NCBI GenBank assembly: GCA_030141605.1
Contig: JAQGDQ010001590.1
Span: forward strand, 1-33,515
Length of the DNA: 33,515 nucleotides
From: Tubiluchus corallicola
Lineage: Eukaryota > Animalia > Priapulida
Reading direction: 5' to 3'
Part shown: in pieces, positions 32,701 through 33,515 of the stretch
Layout of the letters: the number at the start of each line of letters is the position of its first letter
Numbering within the stretch: the first letter of the stretch is position 1
The notes under the pieces: generated by a model
The model's database searches: none
Told to the model about the DNA's origin: nothing
What the model saw: only the letters and a program-made list of their open reading frames with translations
Made by a program: the position numbers and the translations under genes

Positions 32701-33515
32701 GGTCGGGTTTTGCTGTAAATACGAAAAGTCATAAAAATAATATGAAAATTAGATGAAAATTTAATAACAGAATGACGTGTATGGGCCAGTTAACAAGTTC
32801 GCACTTGATCTTGACCAGACAACTGAATTATTTAAGTCAACTTTAACGATTTAGCACTCAACCGACAAACAGATAAACAGACAATCTGCGCGAGCGGACA
32901 GACAGTGGATCTATCTGCACTTATTATTCACAAACTTGCAAAATAAATTAGGAGTTTACCTTCAACTTGAGTTACTGGATGACTTCCATTTCGCAATGTG
33001 ACGGGTGTAATTCATATATTATGTTAAATTTTATGATTTTGTCAGTTTGTGATGGAGGTACACACTTCAAAACTATCAATAATTTTGCCCAAAAATTTAA
33101 ATGAAAGTTTAGGAGCCCCTGGGCCTGTCATTGCTACACAATTTTGGTTCAGACAAATGTCAAACTACATTTTCAGATCATTAATATTAAATATTGAACA
33201 TTGAGAAGTACAATAATGCATTCTAACAAGGCTAGATGGTCAACTTTCGACTAGCATCCTGTATAAAGAAATTTAAAATTTATAAAAATTAACTGTCGCG
33301 CCTAAATATAAAGTTAGGTATACACACAATTTATTAAGATTATGTATAAGCTAAACAATGTATAATAACAACAGCTCCTACAACTACGATGCTGTGACAT
33401 TTTCTGTAAACTAACAAGCTAAAACGACGCTTCTTACTTCCAAAACAAATAAATTTGCTCGGTAGAAAAGTAACAAAGAAAAAATTGTCACAAGCCTCTC
33501 ACTCTCTCTCTCTCT

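Overview
AT-rich, repeat-dense invertebrate animal genomic DNA with spliceosomal introns. The 5S-derived sequence resembles lophotrochozoan 5S rRNA, but that taxon guess is inference. There are two divergently oriented host genes. The first is a complete two-coding-exon RPF2 (Brix-domain 5S RNP assembly factor; minus strand, 12053..11979 + 9325..8492, 302 aa). The second is the first four coding exons of an ALDH1A/ALDH2-family aldehyde dehydrogenase (plus strand, 22495..29532, continuing beyond the window), which the ORF track missed. Its first intron is GC-AG, and it has a mitochondrial-presequence-like leader ahead of a second in-frame ATG. About a third of the window is minisatellite (units of 71, 21, 53, 106, 58, 41, 42 and 32 bp). 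The rest is nested transposon debris: hAT MITEs with 8-bp TSDs, CR1/L2 and R1/I-like LINE 3' ends, and tRNA SINEs. The most unusual items are a repeated element with a full 5S rRNA head fused to a structured, RTE-5'UTR-like body (2 copies), and an inverted pair of minimal hammerhead ribozyme motifs of the Penelope type. I found no convincing new multi-gene system, and most listed ORFs are spurious.
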